DNA from: the human T2T-CHM13v2.0 reference genome, Homo sapiens
DNA: 64,000 nt
Strand: one strand, 5' to 3'
Assembly (NCBI RefSeq): GCF_009914755.1
Contig: NC_060927.1
This document shows positions 44,401 to 61,000 of this stretch, one piece after another. Position 1 is the first letter of the stretch. Every line of letters starts with the position of its first letter. A program made the position numbers and the translations under genes. The notes under the pieces are model-generated. The model was given only the letters and a program-made list of their open reading frames with translations. It was not told where the DNA came from and did no database searches.

Positions 44401-47400
44401 ACTATAAATTATATACTGTACATAAAATATGAAATTACATCAAATATATATTAGGTACATAAAATATGAAAGTACATCAAATATAGATTATATACTGAAC
44501 ATATAATATCAATGTACCCCAAATATATATTTTATACTCTACATGAAATATCAAAGTTCAGAAACCATACATTATATACTGTACATAAAATATCAAAGTA
44601 CCCAAGGTATATATTCTATAATGTACAAAAAATATCAAAGTACCCAAAGCATGTATTATATACTGTACATAAAATATGAAAGTACATCAAATATATATTT
44701 TATTCTGTACATAAAATATCAAAGTACACCAGATATATATTCTATAGTGTACATAAAATATCAAAGTACCCAAACTATACATTATATACTGTACATAAAA
44801 TATGAAATTACATCAAATATACATTAGGTACATAAAATATGAAAGTACATCAAATATAGATTATATACTGTACATAAAATATCAAAGTACCCCAAATATA
44901 TATTATATACTCTACATGAAATATCAAATTTCACAAACTATATATTATATACTGTACATAAAATATCAAAGTACCCAAGGTATATATTCTATACTGTACA
45001 AAAAATATCAAAGTACCCAAAGCATGTATTATATATTGTATATAAAATATGAAAGTACATTAAAGATATATTTTATTCTGTACATAAAATATCAAAGTAC
45101 ACCAGATATATATTCTATAGTGTACATAAAATAACAAAGTACACAAACTATAAATTATATACTGTACATAAAATATGAAATTACATCAAATATATATTAG
45201 GTACATAAAATATGAAAGTATATCAAATATAGATTTTATACTGTATATAAAATATCAATGTACCCCAAATATATATTTTATACTCTACATGAAATATCAA
45301 AGTTCACAAACCATATATTATATACTGTACATAAAATATCAAAGTACCCAAGGTATATATTCTATACTATACAAAAAATATCAAAGTACCCAAAGCATGT
45401 ATTATACACTGTACATAAAATATGAAAGTACATCAAATATATATTTTATTCTGTACATAAAATATCAAAGTACACCAGATATATATTCTATAGTGTACAT
45501 AAAATATCAAAATACCCAAACTATACATTATATACTGTACATAAAATACGAGATTACATCAAATATATATTATATTAGGTACATAAAATATGAAAGTACA
45601 TCAAATATAGATTATATACTGTACATAAAATATCAAAGTACCCCGAATATATATTATATACTCTACATGAAATATCAAAGTTCACAAACTATATATTATA
45701 CACTGTACATAAAATATCAAAGTACCCAAGGTATATATTCTATACTGTACAAAAGATATCAAAGTACCCAAAGCATGTATTATATACTGTATATAAAATA
45801 TGAAAGTACATTAAATATATATTTTATTCTGTACATAAAATATCAAAGTACACCAGATATATATTCTATAGTGTAGATAAAATAACAAAGTACACAAACT
45901 ATAAATTATATACTGTACATAAAATATGAAATTACATCAAATATATATTAGGTACATAAAATATGAAAGTACATCAAATATAGATTATATACTGAACATA
46001 TAATATCAATGTACCCCAAATATATATTTGATACTCTACATGAAATATCAAAGTTCAGAAACCATACATTATATACTGTACATAAAATATCAAAGTACCC
46101 AAGGTATATATTCTATACTGTACAAAAAATATCAAAGTACCCAAAGCATGTATTATATACTGTACATAATATATGAAAGTACATCAAATATATATTTTAT
46201 TCTGTACATAAAATATAAAAGTACACCAGATATATATTCTATAGTGTACATAAAATATCAAAGAACCCAAACTATACATTATATACTGTACATAAAATAT
46301 GAAATTACATCAAATATATATTAGGTACATAAAATATGAAAGTATATCAAATATAGATTATATACTGTACATAAAATATCAAAGTACCCCAAATATATAT
46401 TATATACTCTACATGAAATATCAAAGTTCACAAACTATATATTATATACTGTACATAAAATATCAAAGTACCCAAGGTATATATTCTATACTGTACAAAA
46501 AATATCAAGGTACCCAAAGCATGTATTATATACTGTACATAAAATATGAAAGTACATCAAATATATATTTTATTCTGTACATAAAATATCAAAGTACACC
46601 AGATATATATTCTATAGTGTACATAAAATAACAAAGTACACAAACTATACATTATATACTGTACATAAAATATGAAATTACATCAAATATATATTAGGTA
46701 CATAAAATATGAAAGAACATTAAACATAGATTATATACTGTACAAAAAATATCAAAGTACCCCAAATATATATTATATACTCTACATGAAATATCAAAGT
46801 TCACAAACTATATATTATATACTGTACATAAAATATCAAAGTACCCAAGGTATATATTCTATACTGTAAAAAAAATATCAGAGTACACAAAGCATGTATT
46901 ATATACTGTACATAAAATATGAAAGTACATCAAATATACATTTAATTCTGTACTTAATATATCAAAGTACACCGGATATATATTCTATAGTGTACATAAA
47001 ATAACAAAGTACACAAACTATAAATTATATACTGTACATAAAATATGAAATTACATCAAATATATATTAGGTACATAAAATATGAAAGTACATCAAATAT
47101 AGATTATATACTGTACATAAAATATCAATGTACCCCAAATATATATTTTATACTATACATGAAATATCAAAGTTCACAAACCATATTTTGTATACTGTAC
47201 ATAAAATATCAAAGTACCCAAGGTATATATTTTATACTCTACAAAAAATATCAAAATACCCAAAGCATGTATTATATACTGTACATAAAATATGAAAGTA
47301 CATCGAATATATATTTTATTCTGTACATAAAATATCAAAGTACACCAGATATATATTCTATAGTGTACATAAAATATCAAAGTACCCAAACTATACATTA

Positions 47401-50400
47401 TATTCTGTACATAAAATATGAAATTACATCAAATATATATTAGGTACATAAAATATGAAAGTACATCAAATATAGATTATATACTGTACATAAAATATCA
47501 AAGTACCCCAAATATATATTATATTCTCTACATGAAATATCGAAGTTCACAAACTATATATTACATACTGTACATAAAATATCAAAGTACCCAAGGTATA
47601 TATTCTATACTGCACAAAAAATTTCAAAGTACCCAAATCATGTATTATATACTGTATATAAAATATGAAAGTACATCAAATATATATTTTATTCTGTACA
47701 TAAAATATCAAAGTACACCAGATATATATTCTATAGTGTACATAAAATAACAAAGTACACAAACTATAAATTATATACTGTACATAAAATATGAAATTTC
47801 ATCAAATATATATTAGGTACATAAAATATGAAAGTACATCAAATATAGATTATATACTGTACATATATTATCAATGTACCCCAAATATGTATTTTATACT
47901 CTACATGAATTATCAAAGTTCACAAACCATATATTATATACTGTACATAAAATATCAAAGTACCCAAGGTATATATTCTATACTGTACAAAAAATATCAA
48001 AGTACCCAAAGCATGTTTTATATACTGTAAATAAAATATGAAAGTACATCAAATATATATTTTATTCTGTAGATAAAATATCAAAGTACACCAGATATAT
48101 ATTCTATAGTGTACATAAAATATCAAAATACCCAAACTATACATTATATACTGTACATAAAATATGAAATTACATCAAATATATATTATATTAGGTACAT
48201 AAAATATGAAAGTACATCAAATATAGATTATATACTGTACATTAAATACCAAAGTACCCCAAATATATATTTTATACTGTACGTGAAATATCAAAGTTCA
48301 CAAACTATATATTATATACTGTACATAAAATATCAAAGTACCCAAGATATATATTCTATACTGTACAAAAAATATCAAATTACCCAAAGCATGTATTATA
48401 TACTGTACCTAAAATATGAAAGTACATCAAATATATATTTTATTCTGTACATAAAATATCAAAGTACACCAGATATATATTCTATAGTGTATATAAAATA
48501 ACAAAGTACAAAAACTATAAATTATATACTGTACATAAAATATGAAATTACACCAAATATATATTAGGTACATAAAATATGAAAGTACATCAAATATAGA
48601 TTATATACTGTACATATAATATCAATGTACCCAAATATATATTTTATACTCTACATGAAATATCAAAGTTCACAAACCATATATTATATACTGTACATAA
48701 AATATCAAAGTACCCAATGTATATATTCTAAACTATTCAAAAAATATCAAAGTAACCAAAGCATGTATTATATACTGTACATAAAATATGAAAGTACATC
48801 AAATATATATTTTATTCTGTACATAAAATATCAAAGTACACCAGATATATATTCTATAGTGTACATAATATATCAAAGTACCCAAACTTTACATTACATA
48901 CTGTACATAAAATATGAAATTACATCAAATATATATTATATTAGGTACATAAAATATGAAAGTACATCAAATATAGATTATATACTGTACATAAAATATC
49001 AAAGTACCCCAAATATATATTATATACTCTACATGAAATATCAAAGTTCACAAACTATATATTATATACTGTACATAAAATAAAGTACCCAAGGTACATA
49101 TTCTATACTGTACAAAAAATATCAAAGTACCCAAAGCATGTATTATATACTGTATATAAAATATGAAATTACATCAAATATATATTTTATTCTGTACGTA
49201 AAATATCAAAGTACACCAGATATATATTCTATAGTGTGCATAAAATAACAAAGTACAAAAACTATAAATTATATACTGTACATAAAATATGAAATTACAT
49301 CAAATATATATTAGGTACATAAAATATGAAAGTACATCAAATATAGATTATATACTGTACATTAAATACCAAAGTACCCCAAATATATATTTTATACTGT
49401 ACATGAAATATCAAAGTTCACAAACTATATATTATATACTGTACATAAAATATCAAAATACCCAAGGTATATATTCTATACTGTACAAAAGATATCAACG
49501 TACCCAAAGCATGTATTATATACTGTACATAAAATATGAAAGTACATCAAATATATATTTTATTCTGTACATAAAATATCAAAGTACACCAGATATATAT
49601 TCTATAGTGTACATAAAATAACAAAGTACACAAACTATACATTATATACTGTACATAAAATATGAAATTACATCAAATATATATTATGTACATAAAATAT
49701 GAAAGTACATCAAATATAGATTATATACTGAACATATAATATCAATGTACCCCAAATATATATTTTATACTCTATATGAAATATCAAAGTTCAGAAACCA
49801 TACATTATATACTGTACATAAAATATCAAAGTACCCAAGGTATATATTCTATACTATACAAAAAATATCAAAGTACCCAAAGCATGTATTATATACTGTA
49901 CATAAAATATGAAAGTACATCAAATATATATTTTATTCTGTACATAAAATATCAAAGTACACCAGATATATATTCTATAGTGTACATAAAATATCAAAGT
50001 ACCCAAACTATACATTATATACTGTACATAAAATATGAAATTACATCAAATATATATTAGGTACATAAAATATGAAAGTACATAAAATATAGATTATATA
50101 CTGTACATAAAATATCAAAGTACCCCAAATATATATTATATACTCTACATGAAATATCAAATTTCACAAACTATATATTATATACTGTACATAAAATATC
50201 AAAGTACCCAAGGTATATATTCTATACTGTAAAAAAAATATCAGAGTACCCAAAGCATGTATTATATACTGTATATAAAATATGAAAGTACATTAAAGAT
50301 ATATTTTATTCTGTACATAAAATATCAAAGTACAGCAGATATATATTCTATAGTGTACATAAAATAACAATGTACACAAACTATAAATTATATACTGTAC

Positions 50401-53100
50401 ATAAAATATGAAATTACATCAAATATATATTAGGTACATAAAATATGAAAGTACATCAAATATAGATTATATACTGTACATGTAATATCAATGTACCCCA
50501 AATATATATTTTATACTCTACATGAAATATCAAAGTTCACAAACCATACATTATATACTGTACATAAAATATCAAAGTACCCAAGGTATATATTCTATAC
50601 TGTACAAATAATATCAAAGTACCCAAAGCATGTATTATATACTGTACATAAAATATGAAAGTACATCAAATATATATTTTATTCTGTACATAAAATATCA
50701 AAGTACACCAGATATATATTCTATAGTGTACATAAAATATCAAAGTACCCAAACTATACATTATATACTGTACCTAAAATATGAAATTACATCAAATATA
50801 TATTAGGTACATAAAATATGAAAGTACATCAAATATAGATTATATACTGTACATAAAATATCAAAGTGCCCCAAATATATATTATATACTCTACATGAAA
50901 TATCAAAGTTCACAAACTATATATTATATACTGTACATAAAATATCAAAGTACCCAAGGTATATATTCTATACTGTACAAAAAATATCAAAGTACCCAAA
51001 GGATGTATTATATACTGTACATAAAATATGAAAGTACATCAAATATATATTTTATTCTGTACATAAAATATCAAAGTACACCAGATATATATTCTATAGT
51101 GTACATAAAATAACAAAGTACACAAACTATACATTATATACTGTACATAAAATATGAAATTACATCAAATATATATTAGGTACATAAAATATGAAAGTAC
51201 ATCAAATATAGATTATATACTGTACATAAAATATCAATGTACCCCAAATATATATTTTATACTCTACATGAAATATCAAAGTTCACAAACCATATATTAT
51301 ATACTGTACATAAAATATCAAAGTACCCAAGGTATATATTCTATACTATAAAAAAAATATCAAAGTACCCAAAGCATGTGTTATTTACTGTACATAAAAT
51401 ATGAAAGTACATCAAATATATATTTTATTCTGTACATAAAATATCAAAGTACACCAGATATATATTCTATACTGTACATAAAATATCAAAGTACCCAAAC
51501 TATACGTTATATACTGTACATAAAATATGAGATTACATCAAATATATATTATATTAGGTACATAAAATATGAAATTACATCAAATATAGATTATATACTG
51601 AGCATAAAATATCAAAGTACCCCAAATATATATTATATACTCTACATGAAATATCAAAGTTCACAAACTATATATTATATACTGTACATAAAATATCAAA
51701 TTACCCAAGGTATATATTCTATACTGTAGAAAAAATATCAAAGTACCCAAAGCATGTATTATATACTGTATATAAAATAAGAAAGTACATTAAATACATA
51801 TTTTATTCTGTACATAAAATATCAAAGTACACCAGATATATATTCTATAGTGTACATAAAATAACAAAGTACACAAACTATAAATTATATACTGTACATA
51901 AAATATGAAATTACATCAAATATATATTAGGTACATAAAATATGAAAGTACATCAAATATAGATTATATACTGAACATATAATATCAATGTACCCCAAAT
52001 ATATATTTTATACTCTACATGAAATATCAAAGTTCAGAAACCATACATTATATACTGTACATAAAATATCAAAGTACCCAAGGTATATATTCTATAATGT
52101 ACAAAAAATATCAAAGTACCCAAAGCATGTATTATATACTGTACATAAAATATGAAAGTACATCAAATATATATTTTATTCTGTACATAAAATATCAAAG
52201 TACACCAGATATATATTCTATAGTGTACATAAAATATCAAAGTACCCAAACTATACATTATATACTGTACATAAAATATGAAATTACATCAAATATACAT
52301 TAGGTACATAAAATATGAAAGTACATCAAATATAGATTATATACTGTACATAAAATATCAAAGTACCCCAAATATATATTATATACTCTACATGAAATAT
52401 CAAATTTCACAAACTATATATTATATACTGTACATAAAGTATCAAAGTACCCAAGGTATATATTCTATACTGTACAAAAAATATCAAAGTACCCAAAGCA
52501 TGTATTATATACTGTATATAAAATATGAAAGTACATTAAAGATATATTTTATTCTGTACATAAAATATCAAAGTACACCAGATATATATTCTATAGTGTA
52601 CATAAAATAACAAAGTACACAAACTATAAATTATATACTGTACATAAAATATGAAATTACATCAAATATATATTAGGTACATAAAATATGAAAGTACATC
52701 AAATATAGATTATATACTGTACATAAAATATCAAAGTACCCAAGGTATATATTCTATACTATACAAAAAATATCAAAGTACCCAAAGCATGTATTATATA
52801 CTGTACATAAAATATGAAAGTACATCAAATATATATTTTATTCTGTACATAAAATATCAAAGTACACTATATATATATTCCATAGTGTACATAAAATATC
52901 AAAATACCCAAACTATACATTATATACTGTACATAAAATACGAGATTACATCAAATATATATTATATTAGGTACATAAAATATGAAAGTACATCAAATAT
53001 AGATTATATACTGTACATAAAATATCAAAGTACCCCAAATATATATTATATACTCTACATGAAATATCAAAGTTCACAAACTATATATTATATACTGTAC
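41500..53100 (+). repeat. Duplicated pair ~41500-45700 / ~48980-53100 at 7476-bp offset (20 higher-order units)
   Basis: ORF starts 41813/42300/43305/43678/44543/44802/45175 match 49289/49776/50781/51154/52019/52278/52651. A shared 3-bp deletion AAAATAAAGTACC occurs at 41601 and 49077. Confidence 0.85.
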
Positions 53101-53813
53101 ATAATATATCAAAGTACCCAAGGTATATATTCTATACTGTACAAAAAATATCAAAGTATCCAAAGCATGTATTATATACTGTATATAAAATATGAAAGTA
53201 CATCAAATATATATTTTATTCTGTACATAAAATATCAAAGTACACCAGATATATATTCTATAGTGTACATAAAATATCAAAGTACCCAAACTATACATTA
53301 TATACTGTACATAAAATATGAAATTACAGCAAATATATATTATATTAGGTACATAAAATATGAAAGTACATCAAATATAGATTATATACTGTACATTAAA
53401 TACCAAAGTACCCCAAATATATATTTTATACTGTACATGAAATATCAAAGTTCACAAACTATATATTATATACTGTACATAAAATATCAATGTACCCAAG
53501 GTATATATTCTATACTGCACAAAAAATATCAAAGTACCCAAAGCATGTATTATATACTGTATATAAAATATGAAAGTACATCAAATATATATTTTATTCT
53601 GTACATAAAATATCAAAGTACACCAGATATATATTCTATAGTGTACATAAAATATCAAAGTACCCAAACTATACATTATATACTGTACATAAAATATGAA
53701 ATTACATCAAATATATATTATATTAGGTACATAAAATACGAAAGTACATCAAATATAGATTATATACTGTACATAAAATATCAAAGTACCCCAATATATA
53801 TTATATACTGTAC

Positions 53814-56800
53814 ATGAAATATCAAAGTTCACAAACTATATATTATGTACTGTACATAAAATATCAAAGTACCCAAGGTATATATTCTATACTGTACAAA
53901 AAATATCAAAGTACCCAAAGCATGTATTATATAATGTACATAAAATATGAAAGTACATCAAATATATATTTTATTCTGTACATAAAATATCAAAGAACAC
54001 CAGATATATATTCTATAGTGTACATAAAATATCAAAGTACCCAAACTATACATTATATACTGTACATAAAATATGAAATTACATCATATATATATTAGGT
54101 ACATAAAATATGAAAGTACATCAAATATATATTTTATTCTGTACATAAAATATCAAAGTACACCAGATATATATTCTATAGTGTACTTAAAATAACAAAG
54201 TACACAAACTATAAATTATATACTGTACATAAAATATGAAATTACATCAAATATATATTAGGTACATAAAATATGAAAGTACATCAAATATAGATTATAT
54301 ACTGTACATATAATATCAATGTACCCGAAATATATATTTTATACTCTACATGAAATATCAAAGTTCACAAACCATATTTTGTATACTGCACATAAAATAT
54401 CAAAATACCCAAGGTATATATTCTATACTGTACAAAAAATATCAAAGTACCCAAAGCAGGTATTATATACTGTATATAAAATATGAAACTACATCAAATA
54501 TATATTTTATTCTGTACATAAAATATCAAAGTACACCAGATATATATTCTATAGTGTACATAAAATATCAAGGTACCCAAACTATACATTATATACTGTA
54601 CATAAAATATGAAATTACATCAAATATATATTATATTAGGTACATAAAATACGAAAGTACATCAAATATAGATTATATACTGTACATAAAATATCAAAGT
54701 ACCCCAATATATATTATATACTGTACATGAAATATCAAAGTTCACAAACTATATATTATGTACTGTACATAAAATATCAAAGTACCCAAGGTATATATTC
54801 TATACTGTACAAAAAATATCAAAGTACCCAAAGCATGTATTATATAATGTACATAAAATATGAAAGTACATCAAATATATATTTTATTCTGTACATAAAA
54901 TATCAAAGAACACCAGATATATATTCTATAGTGTACATAAAATATCAAAGTACCCAAACTATACATTATATACTGTACATAAAATATGAAATTACATCAT
55001 ATATATATTAGGTACATAAAATATGAAAGTACATCAAATATATATTTTATTCTGTACATAAAATATCAAAGTACACCAGATATATATTCTATAGTGTACA
55101 TAAAATAACAAAGTACACAAACTATAAATTATATACTGTACATAAAATATGAAATTACATCAAATATATATTAGGTACATAAAATATGAAAGTACATCAA
55201 ATATAGATTATATACTGTACATATAATATCAATGTACCCGAAATATATATTTTATACTCTACATGAAATATCAAAGTTCACAAACCATATATTGTATACT
55301 GCACATAAAATATCAAAATACCCAAGGTATATATTCTATACTGTACAAAAAATATCAAAGTACCCAAAGCAGGTATTATATACTGTACATAAAATATGAA
55401 AGTACATCAAATATATATTTTATTCTGTACATAAAATATCAAAGTACACCAGATATATATTCTATAGCGTACATAAAATATCAAAGTACACAAACTATAC
55501 ATTATATACTGTACATAAAATATGAAATTACATCAAATATATATTATATTAGGTACATAAAATATGAAAGTACATCAAATATAGATTATATACTGTAAAT
55601 ATAATATTATTGTACCCCAAATATATATTTTATACTCTACATGAAATATCAAAGTTCACAAACCATATATTATATACTGTACATAAAATATCAAAGTACC
55701 CAAGGTATATATTCTATACTGTACAAAAAATATCAAAGTACCCAAAGCATGTATTATATACTGTACATAAAATATGAAAGTACATCAAATATATATTTTA
55801 TTCTGTACATAAAATATCAAAGTACACCAGATATATATTCTATAGTGTACATAAAATATCAAAGTACCCAAACTACACATTATATACTGTACATAAAATA
55901 TGAAATTACATCAAATATATATTATATTAGGTACATGAAATATGAAAGTACATCAAATATAGATTATATACTGTACATAAAATATGAAAGTACCCCAAAT
56001 ATATATTATATACTCTGCATGAAATATCAAAGTTCACAAACTATATATTATATACTGTACATAAAATATCAAAGTACCCAAGGTATATATTCTATACTGT
56101 ACAAAAAATATCAAAGTATCCAAAGCATGTATTATATACTGTATATAAAATATGAAAGTACATCAAATATATATTTTATTCTGTACATAAAATATCAAAG
56201 TACACCAGATATATATTCTATAGTGTACATAAAATATCAAAGCACCCAAACTATACATTATATACTGTACATAAAATATGAAATTACAGCAAATATATAT
56301 TATATTAGGTACATAAAATATGAAAGTACATCAAATATAGATTATATACTGTACATTAAATACCAAAGTACCCCAAATATATATTTTATACTGTACATGA
56401 AATATCAAAGTTCACAAACTATATATTATATACTGTACATAAAATATCAATGTACCCAAGGTATATATTCTACACTGCACAAAAAATATCAAAGTACCCA
56501 AAGCATGTATTATATACTGTATATAAAATATGAAAGTACATCAAATATATATTTTATTCTGTACATAAAATATCAAAGTACACCAGATATATATTCTATA
56601 GTGTACATAAAATATCAAAGTACCCAAACTATACATTATATACTGTACATAAAATATGAAATTACATCAAATATATATTATATTAGGTACATAAAATACG
56701 AAAGTACATCAAATATAGATTATATACTGTACATAAAATATCAAAGTACCCCAATATATATTATATACTGTACATGAAATATCAAAGTTCACAAACTATA

Positions 56801-59800
56801 TATTATGTACTGTACATAAAATATCAAAGTACCCAAGGTATATATTCTATACTGTACAAAAAATATCAAAGTACCGAAAGCATGTATTATATAATGTACA
56901 TAAAATATGAAATTACATCAAATATATATTTTATTCTGTACATAAAATATCAAAGAACACCAGATATATATTCTATAGTGTACATAAAATATCAAAGTAC
57001 CCAAACTATACATTATATACTGTACATAAAATATGAAATTACATCATATACATATTAGGTACATAAAATATGAAAGTACATCAAATATATATTTTATTCT
57101 GTACATAAAATATCAAAGTACACCAGATATATATTCTATAGTGTACATAAAATATCAAAGTACCCAAACTATACATTATATACTGTACATAAAATATGAA
57201 ATTACAGCAAATATATATTATATTAGGTACATAAAATATGAAAGTACATCAAATATAGATTATATACTGTACATTAAATACCAAAGTACCCCAAATATAT
57301 ATTTTATACTGTACATGAAATATCAAAGTTGACAAACTATATATTATATACTGTACATAAAATATCAATGTACCCAAGGTATATATTCTATACTGCACAA
57401 AAAATATCAAAGTACCCAAAGCATGTATTATATACTGTATATAAAATATGAAAGTACATCAAATATATATTTTATTCTGTACATAAAATATCAAAGTACA
57501 CCAGATATATATTCTATAGTGTACATAAAATATCAAAGTACCCAAACTATACATTATATACTGTACATAAAATATGAAATTACATCAAATATATATTATT
57601 TTAGGTACATAAAATACGAAAGTACATCAAATATAGATTATATACTGTACATAAAATATCAAAGTACCCCAATATATATTATATACTGTACATGAAATAT
57701 CAAAGTTCACAAACTATATATTATGTACTGTACATAAAATATCAAAGTACCCAAGGTATATATTCTATACTGTACAAAAAATATCAAAGTACCCAAAGCA
57801 TGTATTATATAATGTACATAAAATATGAAAGTACATCAAATATATATTTTATTCTGTACATAAAATATCAAAGAACACCAGATATATATTCTATAGTGTA
57901 CATAAAATATCAAAGTACCCAAACTATACATTATATACTGTACATAAAATATGAAATTACATCATACATATATTAGGTACATAAAATATGAAAGTACATC
58001 AAATGTATATTTTATTCTGTACATAAAATATCAAAGTACACCAGATATATATTCTATAGTGTACATAAAATAACAAAGTACACAAACTATAAATTATATA
58101 CTGTACATAAAATATGAAATTACATCAAATATATATTAGGTACATAAAATATGAAAGTACATCAAATATAGATTATATACTGTACATATAATATCAATGT
58201 ACCCGAAATATATATTTTATACTCTACATGAAATATCAAAGTTCACAAACCATATATTGTATACTGCACATAAAATATCAAAATACCCAAGGTATATATT
58301 CTATACTGTACAAAAAATATCAAAGTACCCAAAGCAGGTATTATATACTGTATATAAAATATGAAAGTACATCAAATATATATTTTATTCTGTACATAAA
58401 ATATCAAAGTACACCAGATATATATTCTATAGTGTACATAAAATATCAAGGTACCCAAACTATACATTATATACTGTACATAAAATATGAAATTACATCA
58501 AATATATATTATATTAGGTAGATAAAATACGAAAGTACATCAAATATAGATTATATACTGTACATAAAATATCAAAGTACCCCAATATATATTATATACT
58601 GTACATGAAATATCAAAGTTCACAAACTATATATTATGTACTGTACATAAAATATCAAAGTACCCAAGGTATATATTCTACACTGTACAAAAAATATCAA
58701 AGTACCCAAAGCATGTATTATATAATGTACATAAAATATGAAAGTACATCAAATATATATTTTATTGTGTACATAAAATATCAAAGAACACCAGATATAT
58801 ATTCTATAGTGTACATAAAATATCAAAGTACCCAAACTATACATTATATACTGTACATAAAATATGAAATTACATCATATATATATTAGGTACATAAAAT
58901 ATGAAAGTACATCAAATATATATTTTATTCTGTACATAAAATATCAAAGTACACCAGATATATATTCTATAGTGTACATAAAATAACAAAGTACACAAAC
59001 TATAAATTATATACTGTACATAAAATATGAAATTACATCAAATATATATTAGGTACATAAAATATGAAAGTACATCAAATATAGATTATATACTGTACAT
59101 ATAATATCAATGTACCCGAAATATATATTTTATACTCTACATGAAATATCAAAGTTCACAAACCATATATTGTATACTGCACATAAAATATCAAAATACC
59201 CAAGGTATATATTCTATACTGTACAAAAAACATCAAAGTACCCAAAGCAGGTATTATATACTGTACATAAAATATGAAAGTACATCAAATATATATTTTA
59301 TTCTGTACATAAAATATCAAAGTACACCAGATATATATTCTATAGCGTACATAAAATATCAAAGTACACAAACTATACATTATATACTGTACATAAAATA
59401 TGAAATTACATCAAATATATATTATATTAGGTACATAAAATATGAAAGTACATCAAATATAGATTATATACTGTAAATATAATATTAATGTACCCCAAAT
59501 ATATATTTTATACTCTACATGAAATATCAAAGTTCACAAACCATATATTATATACTGTACATAAAATATCAAAGTACCCAAGGTATATATTCTATACTGT
59601 ACAAAAAATATCAAAGTACCCAAAGCATGTATTATATACTGTACATAAAATATGAAAGTACATCAAATATATATTTTATTCTGTACATAAAATATCAAAG
59701 TACACCAGATATATATTCTATAGTGTACATAAAATATCAAAGTACCCAAACTATACATTATATACTGTACATAAAATATGAAATTACATCAAATATATAT

Positions 59801-61000
59801 TATATTAGGTACATGAAATATGAAAGTACATCAAATATAGATTATATACTGTACATAAAATATGAAAGTACCCCAAATATATATTATATACTCTACATGA
59901 AATATCAAAGTTCACAAACTATATATTATATACTGTACATAAAATATCAAAGTACCCAAGGTATATATTCTATACTGTACAAAAAATATCAAAGTATCCA
60001 AAGCATGTATTATATACTGTATATAAAATATGAAAGTACATCAAATATATATTTTATTCTGTACATAAAATATCAAAGTACACCAGATATATATTCTATA
60101 GTGTACATAAAATATCAAAGTACCCAAACTATACATTATATACTGTACATAAAATATGAAATTACAGCAAATATATATTATATTAGGTACATAAAATATG
60201 AAAGTACATCAAATATAGATTATATACTGTACATTAAATACCAAAGTACCCCAAATATATATTTTATACTGTACATGAAATATCAAAGTTCACAAACTAT
60301 ATATTATATACTGTACATAAAATATCAATGTACCCAAGGTATATATTCTATACTGCACAAAAAATATCAAAGTACCCAAAGCATGTATTATATACTGTAT
60401 GTAAAATATGAAAGTACATCAAATATATATTTTATTCTGTACATAAAATATCAAAGTACACCAGATATATATTCTATAGTGTACATAAAATATCAAAGTA
60501 CCCAAACTATACATTATATACTGTACATAAAATATGAAATTACATCAAATATATATTATATTAGGTACATAAAATACGAAAGTACATCAAATATAGATTA
60601 TATACTGTACATAAAATATCAAAGTACCCCAATATATATTATATACTGTACATGAAATATCAAAGTTCACAAACTATATATTATGTACTGTACAGAAAAT
60701 ATCAAAGTACCCAAGGTATATATTCTATACTGTACAAAAAATATCAAAGTACCCAAAGCATGTATTATATAATGTACATAAAATATGAAAGTACATCAAA
60801 TATATATTTCATTCTGTACATAAAATATCAAAGAACACCAGATATATATTCTATAGTGTACATAAAATATCAAAGTACCCAAACTATACATTATATACTG
60901 TACATAAAATATGAAATTACATCATATATATATTAGGTACATAAAATATGAAAGTACATCAAATATATATTTTATTCTGTACATAAAATATCAAAGTACA
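53814..61000 (+). repeat. Near-tandem duplication at 3878-bp offset (913 + 2047 + 918 modules)
   Basis: ORF starts 53814/54350/54727/55263/55641/56774 match 57692/58228/58605/59141/59519/60652. Confidence 0.85.
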
